64,000 nucleotides of DNA from an uncultured Planctomycetota bacterium. Lineage in GTDB: Bacteria; Planctomycetota; Planctomycetia; Gemmatales; Gemmataceae. Each line of letters opens with the position of its first letter. Within the stretch, counting starts at the first letter, position 1. Below are positions 55,102-64,000 of the stretch, in pieces. The position numbers were made by a program, and so were the translations under genes. Under the pieces are notes generated by a model, which was not told the DNA's origin, did no database searches, and saw only the letters and a list, made by a program, of their open reading frames with translations. The stretch covers positions 256,001-320,000 of the forward strand of contig CAWKHF010000012.1 of the NCBI GenBank assembly GCA_963849325.1, given 5' to 3'.

Positions 55102-55621
55102 ATGGCGAACCTCAACAAAGTGATGCTCATCGGCCGTCTGACGCGCGACCCGGAAGTGCGGACCTTCGGCAACGGCGGCAAGGTGGCCAAGTTTGGCTTC
55201 GCGGTGAACAACAAGAAGAAGAACCCCCAGACGGGGCAGTGGGAAGATGAGCCGGTCTTTCTGGATATTGAAGCGTTCAACCGGCAGACAGGACGGCAAG
55301 CTGGCCGACCTGGTGGAACAATACTTCAAAAAGGGGGCGCAGGTCTACCTCGAAGGCCACCTCCGGTTAGACCAGTGGAAGGACAAGAACGATGGCGCGA
55401 AGCGCTCCAGGTTGAAGATTGTCCTTGATGACTTCCAGTTTTTCGAGCCGCGCACCGACGGTGGCGGCGATGGGGGGATGAGGTCGCAGCGCTCAACCGC
55501 GGCGCCGGCCGCTCCGCGCAAAGCGGAACCCAACTACTCCAACGGCGGCGGTCACGGCGGTTTCGACGAACCGGAGCCGGGGCCGTCGGAAGGCAACCGA
55601 GAGGACGACATCCCGTTCTGA
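55102..55621 (+). CDS. ssb: Single-stranded DNA-binding protein (frameshift near 55290)
   Basis: NLNKVMLIGRLTRDPE, KG.QVYLEG.L, C-terminal DDIPF. Confidence 0.96.
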
Positions 55622-55655
55622 GTCGGACGGGAGCAGCTAGACAGGCAGGTATCTC

Positions 55656-56153
55656 ATGGCCAAGCAGCGGAATCAGATGCTCCGGGGAACGCACGGCGGC
55701 ATGCAGCTGGTGCTGACCGAGGACGTGGCCCACCTGGGCAAGCAGGGCGACGTGGTCGAGGTCAAGCCAGGCTACGGGCGCAACTACCTGCTGCCGCGCG
55801 GCCTGGCCACCGTGCCGACCGAGCACAACCTCCGCCTGCTGGAGCGCTACAAGATCCGCGTCAGGCAGGCCCGCGAGGCGCGCATCGCCGACCTCAAGGG
55901 GCTGGCCGAGCAGATCGCCAAGATGGCCGGCATCACCATCGAGGCCAACGCCAACGACGAAGGCCACCTGTACGGCTCCGTCGCCGCCCCCGAAATCTCG
56001 CAGCGGTCTCAAGGCCAAGGGCATGCTCATCGAGCCGGACATGGTCGCCTGGAAGGGCCGATCAAGGAGACCGGCCTGTACGCCATCAAGCTGAACCTCG
56101 GCTACGACATCGAGACCGAGGTCAAGGTCGCCGTCATCAAGACGCAGAAGTGA
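55656..56153 (+). CDS. rplI: 50S ribosomal protein L9
   Basis: LGKQGDVVEVKPGYGRNYLLPRGLA, HLYGSV. Confidence 0.96.
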   Translation: MAKQRNQMLRGTHGGMQLVLTEDVAHLGKQGDVVEVKPGYGRNYLLPRGLATVPTEHNLRLLERYKIRVRQAREARIADLKGLAEQIAKMAGITIEANANDEGHLYGSVAAPEISQRSQGQGHAHRAGHGRLEGPIKETGLYAIKLNLGYDIETEVKVAVIKTQK

Positions 56154-56212
56154 TCGTCCGCCCGCCTCCGGCATGGATGCCCGGAGCGCGCAGGCCACAG
56201 GGAGGTGGGACC

Positions 56213-57567
56213 ATGTCGCCGGAAGCCATCGGGCCGGAACGTCTGCCGCCGCAGAACCTCGACGCCGAGCGTTCCGTCCTCGGCAGCATGTTGCGCGACA
56301 ACGACGCCATCAGCGTCGTCGTGCAGATCATCACCGCCGAGAGCTTCTACGCCGACGCCCATCGCAAAATCTTCCAGGCCATCTCCGATATCAACGACAA
56401 GGGCGGCCAACCCGTCGATCTGGTCATCCTCGCCGAAGAGCTAAGCAAGCGCGGCCAGCTGGAGGACGTCGGCCGCGCCGCCTACCTGGCGGAGCTGTGG
56501 GACGCGGCCCCGACGGCGGCCAACGCCGAGTATTACGCCCAGATCGTCCGCGACAAGGCCATCGTCCGCAGCCTCATCCACGCCAGCACCGAGATCCTCC
56601 GCGACGCCTACGAGCAGGGCCAGCCCGCCGAGGAACTGCTGGAGGGGGCCGAGCGCAAGATCCTCGACGTGGCCCAGATGGGCGTCACCGGCCAGACGAT
56701 CACGCTGGAGCAGGCGATCACCGAGACGTATCGCCGCATCGACGATCGCGCCAGCGGCAAGCAGAAGGCGGGCGGCCTCTCGACCGGCTTCGCCGACCTC
56801 AACGAGATCACGGCCGGCCTGCACGACGGCGAACTGGTCATCATCGCGGCGCGGCCGAGCGTCGGAAAAACGGCCTTTGCGCTCGGCTATTGTCCGTAAT
56901 ATCATCGTCGAGGAAAAGGAGCCGGTCTTCTTCGTCAGTCTGGAGCAGTCGCGCATCGAGTTGGCCGAGCGCCTGCTGTGTTCGCAGGCCCGCGTGGACA
57001 GCCATCGCCTGCGCAAGGGCACGCTCGGCTCGCGACGACATGGATCGTCTCATCGACGCCGGCGGCGTGCTGCGCAACGGCAAGCTGTTCATCGACGACT
57101 CGCCGGTGCAGAGCATGTTGCGCATCGCGGCCAACGCCCGGCGTCTGAAACTGCGGCACGGCATCAAGCTCATCGTGATCGATTACTTGCAGCTGATCGA
57201 GCCGGACAACCGCCGCGATCCGCGTCAGGAGCAGGTGGCGCAGATCAGCCGCCGTCTCAAGGCGCTGGCCAAGGAATTGCAGATCCCGCTGGTCGCTCTG
57301 GCCCAGGTCAACCGCTCCTCGGAGGATCGTCAGGACCATCGGCCGCGATTGGCGGACTTAAGGGAGTCGGGAAGTATTGAGCAGGATGCGGACACCGTCA
57401 TGCTGCTGCACCGGCCCGATCGCTACGAACCGGGCCAGCACGAGGGCATCATCGAGGTGATTATCGGCAAGCAGCGCAACGGCCCGACCGGCGAGATCAC
57501 CCTCGCCTACCTCAAGCAGTTCATGCGTTACGAGGACTACGCCGCCGGCACGCCCTTCGACAGCTGA
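56213..57567 (+). CDS. dnaB: Replicative DNA helicase (frameshifts near 56885 and 57030)
   Basis: PPQNLDAERSVLG, AARPSVGKT, IDYLQL, ADLRESGSIEQDAD, KQRNGPTG. Confidence 0.97.
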
Positions 57568-57578
57568 CAGCAACGCTC

Positions 57579-57844
57579 AGAGTCTGTCCCAAAAGCCCCT
57601 CTCCCCCGCTTCGGGGGAGAGGGGTTGGGGTGAGGGGGCGAGAAACTCGCGGAAAGCGCACCCCCCTCACCCCAACCCCTCTCCCCCGCTTCGGGGGAGA
57701 GGGGTTGGGGTGAGGGGTTGGGGGTGAGGGGTTGGGGGTGAGGGGTTGGGGGTGAGGGGGCGAGAAACCCGCGGAAAGCGCACCCCCTCACCCCAACCCC
57801 TCTCCCCCGGAGTACCGGGGAGAGGGGCTTACCGGACAGACTCT
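57579..57844. mobile_element. MITE-like element with 11-bp terminal inverted repeats AGAGTCTGTCC/GGACAGACTCT and internal G-rich tandem repeats
   Basis: Perfect TIRs; duplicated internal cassette and ggggtgaggggttg tandem; homologous to 10109-10254. Confidence 0.75.
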
Positions 57845-59320
57845 CGGCGCATCGTGGCAAACAGCAGCAGCGTGGCCAGGGCGTTGTTGACGCCGTGGGC
57901 AATCATCGGGGGCAACAGCGTGCCGCGCCACTCGCGCATCAGCGCGAAGGCCAGGGCAAGACGCCATCAGCACCGGCACTCCCAGGAACCCTTGCGGGTG
58001 GATGACCGCGAACACAAAGCTCACCACGAGCGCACTGAAGACCACACTCAACGCCGGCCGCAGTCGGGAGCTGGCCTCGCGCAGATGGCGATACAGCACG
58101 CCGCGGAACATCGTCTCTTCCACCACCGGCGCGACCACGCTGGCCACGAACACCACTTCCAGCCACACCCACCAGCCGGCCCGCGCCGCCCAGAAGACGA
58201 TCGGATGCCCCGGCGCGTCGCTCGGCCCGAACTCGTCGGGACCGAGACCGAGTTGATCGCGCAGTTTCGTCAGGCCGAGCATGAGGAGCAGGCCGACGAG
58301 CAGGAGAGGCAGGGCCATGGCATAGCAGCCGAAGCCGAGCAGCGTATCCACGGCCGGCCGTCGGCCGAAGTGCCAGCCGATGTCCTGGCGCACCTGTCGC
58401 CAGGGGATGCCGCGCAGCACCGGCCAGCCCAGTGCGGCCAAACTGCCCAGCGCGGCCAGACCGCTCAGGGCCAGCGACCCCTGGCGGAGCGAAAACCAGT
58501 CCACGACATAGTGAGCGCCATGACTGAAGCCCAGAAAGAGCAGCATGTACAGGGCGAACGTCTCGGCGTAGAGACCGCCGGACGACGAACCGAGGCGCAG
58601 ACCGCCGCGCAGCAAACCCAGCATCCACAGCACCAACAGCGTGACGAGCAGGACCAGCCCCAGCCCTCCCACACCCAGCAGGACGGCCTCGGCCGCCAGC
58701 ACCGACCACGCGGCCCGATACGCCGGCGCCAGCACCGCCGCTCGATCCGCGTCATCGCCCGCGCCGGCCGGCGCCAGGGCCAGTTCGCCGAACCAACCGA
58801 GCCGCTGACGCAACTCCTGTCGATCATCCTCCGGCAGCGAAGCCGCCGCGTCCGGCTCCTTCTCGCGCACGGCGTAGAGGCGATCCAGAACCTCCGCAGT
58901 CCGGGCGTCCTCGGCGGGCGGATCGCAGGACTGAGACTCATGCCAGCGTTCGTTGATCTGGCGCAACTGCTCGCGGGCCTCGTCCGGTCCCTTCAACTCG
59001 CCGGCCAGCACGACAAAGCGCAGCCGCTGATCGTAAGGCCCACGGTTGAGGGTCTGCCGCGCATCGTCGTACAGGGTCGAGCCGAGGCCTTTGGCGAAAG
59101 ATAAGTCCTTGCCAATCTGGGCCAGGCCAACAAAGCAGCGGCCCTGCAAGCGCGTGACCAGTAGATCATAGCGCGGGCGGTCCAGCGGGCCTACCGTCGC
59201 ATAGCGCCACAGGATAAAGCCGATCGCGGCAAGGATGACGAGCCAGGCCAGAAGCGGCCGGCCCTTGGGCACGGCGGGGATGACCGGCGGTTCCAGCGTG
59301 ACGGCGAAGGGACCAGACAT
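57829..59320 (-). CDS. CPBP (Abi/CAAX) intramembrane glutamic endopeptidase (frameshift near 57960)
   Basis: APVVEETMFRG, FAVIH, and in the shifted frame MREWRGTLLPPMIAHGVNN. Confidence 0.88.
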
Positions 59321-59346
59321 GCCTTATCTCCGCGGGTCCGATCAGC

Positions 59347-60006
59347 TCACGACTTCGTGTCGCCCCACAGACGCAGGCCGCCGAGGAAGGCGTTGCTGTT
59401 GTCGCCCATGCGGCAGGCGGGCGGCAGCTCGTCGAGCTTCTTGACGTTGCCGCCACCCAGCACGACATAGTCGGACAGAAAGGCGTTGCGCAGGCGTTCC
59501 ACCACGTCGAAGACCGCGTGTTGCCACTTGCGCCGCCCCAATCGCTTCAAGGCGGCCTGCCCCACGTACTCCTCGAAGGTGAGGTCCTTCTTGTACGGCA
59601 GATGTCCCAGCTCCATCGGCAGCAGGAAATTGTTGTACACCAGCGCCGAACCCAGACCGGTGCCCAGGCCGAGAAAGAGCATCCGGCCGCCCTCGTAACT
59701 GCCCAGCGCCTGCATGGCCGCGTCGTTGACCAGCTTGACCGCGTGCTCGAACGCCTTCTCGAAATCGAAGCCGACCCAACCGCCGCCCAGGTTGACCGGC
59801 TCTTTCTGGATCACGCCGTCCACCACCGCCCCCGGGTAGCCGATGCTGATGCGATCGTAACGCCAATCCTCGGTCGCCGCCCGCACCTGGTCGATCATCT
59901 CCGCCGGCGTCAGGCTCGGACCCGAGGGACACTTGCGTACCTCGTCGTGGCCCTGCACCCGCAGCTTGACGTGCGACCCACCCACGTCGATTACGAGAAC
60001 CTTCAT
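59347..60006 (-). CDS. ROK-family polyphosphate glucokinase-like sugar kinase
   Basis: IDVGGSHVK, VNDAAMQALG, GLGTGLGS, ELGHL, LGGGN. Confidence 0.88.
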   Translation of the reverse strand: MKVLVIDVGGSHVKLRVQGHDEVRKCPSGPSLTPAEMIDQVRAATEDWRYDRISIGYPGAVVDGVIQKEPVNLGGGWVGFDFEKAFEHAVKLVNDAAMQALGSYEGGRMLFLGLGTGLGSALVYNNFLLPMELGHLPYKKDLTFEEYVGQAALKRLGRRKWQHAVFDVVERLRNAFLSDYVVLGGGNVKKLDELPPACRMGDNSNAFLGGLRLWGDTKS

Positions 60007-60077
60007 GACACTCCTCGTCTGCGCCGGGATGCTCCTTCCGATCATTGTACGCGGAGGGTGGGGACGACAGGATAATC

Positions 60078-60139
60078 TATCCGAGCCTGAAGCGTAAGCG
60101 AAGATGGCCATCTCTTCGCTTACGCTTCAGGCTCGGATA
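60078..60139. repeat. REP-like palindrome, family E
   Basis: Same arms as 32377-32439. Confidence 0.88.
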
Positions 60140-60148
60140 AGACCTTGT

Positions 60149-60880
60149 TTATTTCTTTAACATGCCCTCCAGCGTCGGCCCCATGGCGTCGGCCCAGATC
60201 TGATACCCCTTGGGCGTCAGGTGCAGGTAATCGTACATGATGTTCTTGCTCAGCGAGCCGTCCGATTCGAGGAACTTGTCGCCGATGTCCAGGTACTTGA
60301 CGTGCTTGCCGTCGTCCAGCTTGGCGAGGCGTCCGTTGACGTCCTTGATCTTTCCGCGCGCCTTATCGTCGGCCTTGGCGGCGCGGGGGAAGATGCCCAG
60401 CAGAAGGACTTTCATGTCCGGCTTTTGGCGGCGCAGCTCGGCGACGATGGCCTGGACGCCGTCGGCGATCTCCTCGACGCTGTTATTGCTCATGTTATTG
60501 GTGCCGATCATGAGCACGGACGCCTTCGGCGCGATGCCCTCCAGTTCCTTGCCTTCGGTGATGCGCCAGAGCACGTGCTGAGTGCGATCGCCGCCGATGC
60601 CGAAATTGGCGGCCTTGAGCGGCTCGAAGTATTTCTTCCATACGTCCTTGCCGTTGCCTTCCCAGCCTTGCGTGATGGAATCGCCCAGGAAGAGCACCTC
60701 GACGCCGCCCTTCTTGGCGCGTTCGAGGAAGCGCTGATGCCGGGCCTCCGGCCCCTTGCCCTTGTGCTCCTCCGCCTTGACGGCGCTGTGGGATGGTTTC
60801 TTGTCCTCGGCCTGGAGCGCGGCCACGGCCAGCACGGCCAGCAAGCCGGTGGTCCCAGCCAGCAAGCGATAACGTGTCAC
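60149..60880 (-). CDS. SGNH/GDSL hydrolase (PAF-acetylhydrolase-like), secreted
   Basis: Own RBS and GTG; FLGDSIT, NFGIGGDRTQH, IGTNN, DYLH. Confidence 0.9.
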   Translation of the reverse strand: MTRYRLLAGTTGLLAVLAVAALQAEDKKPSHSAVKAEEHKGKGPEARHQRFLERAKKGGVEVLFLGDSITQGWEGNGKDVWKKYFEPLKAANFGIGGDRTQHVLWRITEGKELEGIAPKASVLMIGTNNMSNNSVEEIADGVQAIVAELRRQKPDMKVLLLGIFPRAAKADDKARGKIKDVNGRLAKLDDGKHVKYLDIGDKFLESDGSLSKNIMYDYLHLTPKGYQIWADAMGPTLEGMLKK

Positions 60881-61074
60881 GAGCAGAGTCCCCCTTTGTT
60901 GCGCGGTGTGCCGCTCCCTGGCCAGATGATGCGACGGGCAGCCTGGTCCCATCGTCCCGTGGTCGGACAGGGAGGAATGTAGGCCGGCCGCGTCGTTTCG
61001 TCCACGCGGCGCCGCGGAAAGCACAACGTCCCCGCGAGGAGGCGGTCTCGCGGGGACGTTGGCTTGCGCACGAG

Positions 61075-63265
61075 TTATCGACGAGGCGATCGGTTTCTCG
61101 GCTGGGTGGGAGAGGAAGAGGGCATACGGGGGTTCGTTCGCGGCGACTGCGGATAAGTACCCTGCTGCGGGTAAGCACCTGGCTGGGGGTAGCGCCTGGT
61201 TGCGGGTAAGCGCCGGCGCGAAGGGCCTGCCGGTGGTGGGGTCAATCGGTCCCTGGCCGGCGGTGGCCGCGGCGGCCTGGGACTCCTTCAACTTTTTCTG
61301 GAAGGTTTCGCGGATCTTCTTCATCGTGCTTTCCGACTCGAACTTGATGTTGCCCACGTAGCTGAACCACTCCTTCTCCAGGGCCGCCAGCTTGGCCTTG
61401 TCCGGCTTGTTGCCAGCATCCACCTTGCCAAAAGCGCGGGCGAAGCAGCCCAGCAGGACTTCGTCGTCCAACTCGATGTCGCGCGGCATCCGGCTCAACT
61501 CCTTAAAGTAACGTTGCAGCCCGTCGAGCTTCTGCTTGGCCAGGAAGTAGGTCAAGGACCAGGAGGAGGTACGGGCCTTGCGAAGGGCCAGATCGTGGGC
61601 GTGACGAAGGGGGGTGTCGGGCGGTCCCTCGGGCGGCAAGCCGCGGAAGTAAGCGTCGGTGACCACCTGGCGCAGCGTCGCGCCGCTCTCCTTCTCGAAG
61701 CCCTTGTTCTTCAGCTCCTGCCAGCGCGGCAGGTAGTAGGCGCTGGGAGCGCCGATGCCGGGCCACGGCGATTGCAAGGGCGTCTCGAAGAAGCTGCCCA
61801 TGCCGAACAGCAGCCACTCGGGAGCCGCCACGTTGCGCGGCAGCAGGCCAGAGGAGAAAAGCAGTTGGCGGCTGGCGTCGTGGCTGATGGTGGCCAGTTC
61901 CGACTCCTGCTGCAGCGCCTTGAGCATCAGGGCCAACATTTCCGCCGTGTAGATCAGTGCCACCTGACCCTCAGCAGCCACGGGGTAGCCCTTTTTCTTC
62001 CCGGTAGCACGGAGGAGTTCATTGTGCCTGAAACCCTTGTCTTCCCAGTTCTTCCAGTATTTGTTCAGCACGTCATACGTTTCGTCCTGACGTTGGTCGG
62101 TCATCACCGCCACGTTCTCGCGGCGAGCGAAGAAACCATCCACCACGACCGGGCCGGACGTGAGGATCTTCCGCAAGTGCTGGAAGTCCTTGTCCTGCCC
62201 GGTGGTGATCACGACCAGCTGCCGCTGCTTCGGCACGGGCAGGGCGACGCTCTTGAGGGCGAACCAGTAGTAGAAACCGCGGAAGGAGTTCTCCAGAAGC
62301 TCCAGGTGCGATTGTACCGAGACCTTACCGGAACCCGTCGAGTGATGCACGACCGTGTAATGGGGTCCTTCCGTCGCCTTGTAGCCATTGAGGAGCTTGC
62401 CGCGCCAGGCGGCGCCGGTGTCATCCGCAGTCAACGGCCTATCGAGGTCGGCCTTGACCTTCAGGTAGGCGACGGCGGCCGGATGGCCCTTGTCGATCTC
62501 CACGAGCTTGTCCATGACCTGCGGGAACTTGTCCACCAGGCCGTGTCCCAGGGTCCAGTCGGCCAATTCCAGGACGAGTTCGGTCGAGGGCTTGGTGTCG
62601 AAGGTTTTCTTGAACTTGTCGTTGAAGCGGCGCAGGGTGGTCGGCAAGGGTTTGTGGTTGGAGTCGTCCTTGAGGACGATGGTCTCGGCGAAATCGGTCT
62701 TATGCAGCAAGTCGCACGTCTCGCCGAGCCGAGGCGGGAGCTTGACCTTGGCGAAGCCTTTGTTGGGGTCTTCCAGCTTTTTGGCCAGGTCGCCGATCGA
62801 CTCGACCTCGACGACGACCGTGATGAAGTAGGGCACGTCATCGACGTCGGTAGGCTCGCCCATGCCCATCATGCCGAATCCACCGGCCATGCCCATCATG
62901 CCGCCGCCCATGCCGCGCATCCCCATACCACCGGCCATGCCGCGCATGCCTGCGCCGCCGGCCATGCCGCGCATGCCCGTGCCGCTGGCCATGCCCGGTC
63001 GCATCGTGTAGGGGCCCATGCCCGGCTGCACGCCGCCCGGCTGCACGCCGCCCGGCCGCACGCCGCCCGGTTGCACGCCGCCCGGTTGGGGGCTGCTGGG
63101 GTAGCCGCCGGTCGCTCCGGCCCCGGGGTAGCCCGGTATCCCAGAGCCAGCCTGGGCCTCCGCTTCCTTGTTGGCGCCGACGTTGGCGATAATAATCACG
63201 TAATCCGCCGAGGTCAGACCGGCACTCGTCAACAGGAGTATCGCGGCCAGGAACCAGCGTTTCAT
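61075..63265 (-). CDS. DUF1570-like secreted protein with Gly/Met/Pro low-complexity repeats (frameshift near 61200)
   Basis: Signal peptide; ATISHDASRQL...PEWLLFGMGSFFE; SWSLTYFL; shifted frame ends PRR-stop at 61075. Confidence 0.7.
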
Positions 63266-63370
63266 GATGGCAACCTCCGCCAAGACCGTTCGTGGTTTCG
63301 TCCCGCACGGGAGCATCTTGTTATTGTGGCGACCAGAGCGCGAAACCGCAAATGGATTCCTCGCCCCGTC

Positions 63371-64000
63371 TCATAATCGCTGTCCGTGCAACTGGCGGAA
63401 GGTGGCTTCGTCGATGCGCGTGAAGCGAACGCGGTCGCCGGTACGCAGGGGGAAGTAACCGTCGGCGACGTGGACCAGCTCCAGCGGTGTGCGGCCGACC
63501 AGGTTCCAGCCGCCCGGCCGCGCTTCGGTATAGATGCCGGTCTGTCGGCCCGTCAGGCCGACACTGCCCGCCTCGACGCGCAACCGCGGCGCGGACAACC
63601 GGGGCACGCCGCACAGACGAGCCGGCAGATAGCCCAGGTACGGGAAGCCGGGACAGAAGCCGATGGCGTAGACGGTGTACTCGGTATCGACATGCAGACG
63701 GATGACCTCGTCCTCCGTCAAGCCTGTGGTCTCGGCGATTCGCGGCAAGTCCAGCGAAAACTCGTAACAGCACGGGAGCCGATGCAGGCGTGCCTCCCGG
63801 ATCGCGTCGGCGATGCCTTCGGTTACGAGCCGATCGAGAGCTGACGTGACGGCGGCGAGCGTGATTTGATCGAGGTCGAAGTAGACGGCCACGCCGCGGT
63901 ACGCCTGGACGACATCGACGAGCCAGGGCGGCGCCAGGCGGCGCACGGCCGCCGCCCAGCGCAACGCATCGTCCTCGGCGGCGAAAGAAGCCAGCACCGC
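63371..64000 (-). CDS. pxpB: 5-oxoprolinase subunit B / KipI family (5' end off window)
   Basis: VYAIGFCPGFPYLG, PRL..PRLRVEAGSVG, QTGIYT...PGGWNLVGRTP. Confidence 0.92.
   Translation of the reverse strand, partial: AVLASFAAEDDALRWAAAVRRLAPPWLVDVVQAYRGVAVYFDLDQITLAAVTSALDRLVTEGIADAIREARLHRLPCCYEFSLDLPRIAETTGLTEDEVIRLHVDTEYTVYAIGFCPGFPYLGYLPARLCGVPRLSAPRLRVEAGSVGLTGRQTGIYTEARPGGWNLVGRTPLELVHVADGYFPLRTGDRVRFTRIDEATFRQLHGQRL

Noticed and set aside
10365-57567. Many split genes as pseudogenes or programmed frameshifts (fusA, nrdJ, dnaB, ssb, glf, kinase)
   Set aside because: Single-base indels are scattered through unrelated and normally essential genes with intact motifs and no shared slippery site; assembly error is the simplest explanation
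60149-63316. 1055-aa DUF1570-SGNH fusion ORF
   Set aside because: Created by an indel near 61200; the upstream gene stops at 61075 in the shifted frame and the SGNH gene has its own RBS, GTG and signal peptide
1-64000. tRNA, rRNA, prophage, integrase or defence-system genes
   Set aside because: None recognised by eye; a tRNAscan/Rfam run would be needed to exclude small RNAs

Overview
GC-rich window from a planctomycete, most likely Gemmataceae-like. Support: DUF1559 prepilin-type protein, PVC-type heme-binding protein, DUF4058, DUF1570-like, CehA/McbA hydrolase, Ser/Thr kinase-LRR, PEP-CTERM and a planctomycete-type N-terminal export motif. Many genes, including normally essential ones (dnaB, ssb), are split by single-base indels, most simply read as long-read assembly errors, so genes are reported as joined units. 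Core content: a fusA paralog, a dcd-nrdJ-cobalamin adenosyltransferase cluster, a sulfotransferase/glf/glycosyltransferase locus, rplY-pth-rpsF-ssb-rplI-dnaB, signalling genes and about eight families of short intergenic palindromes. Most notable: (1) nrdJ carries a LAGLIDADG intein and the adjacent dcd carries an intein with an HNH nuclease; (2) short AT-rich synonymous-codon islands sit on conserved, intein-free motifs of nrdJ and dnaB, several of them known intein homing sites, suggesting homing-endonuclease escape or conversion scars; (3) a small secreted protein missed by the ORF track has an in-frame TGA in a U-G-P-A-G-C motif followed by SECIS-like hairpins (candidate selenoprotein); (4) a probable Glf-GT4-GT2 triple fusion. 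All family calls come from motif recognition; no database searches were run.
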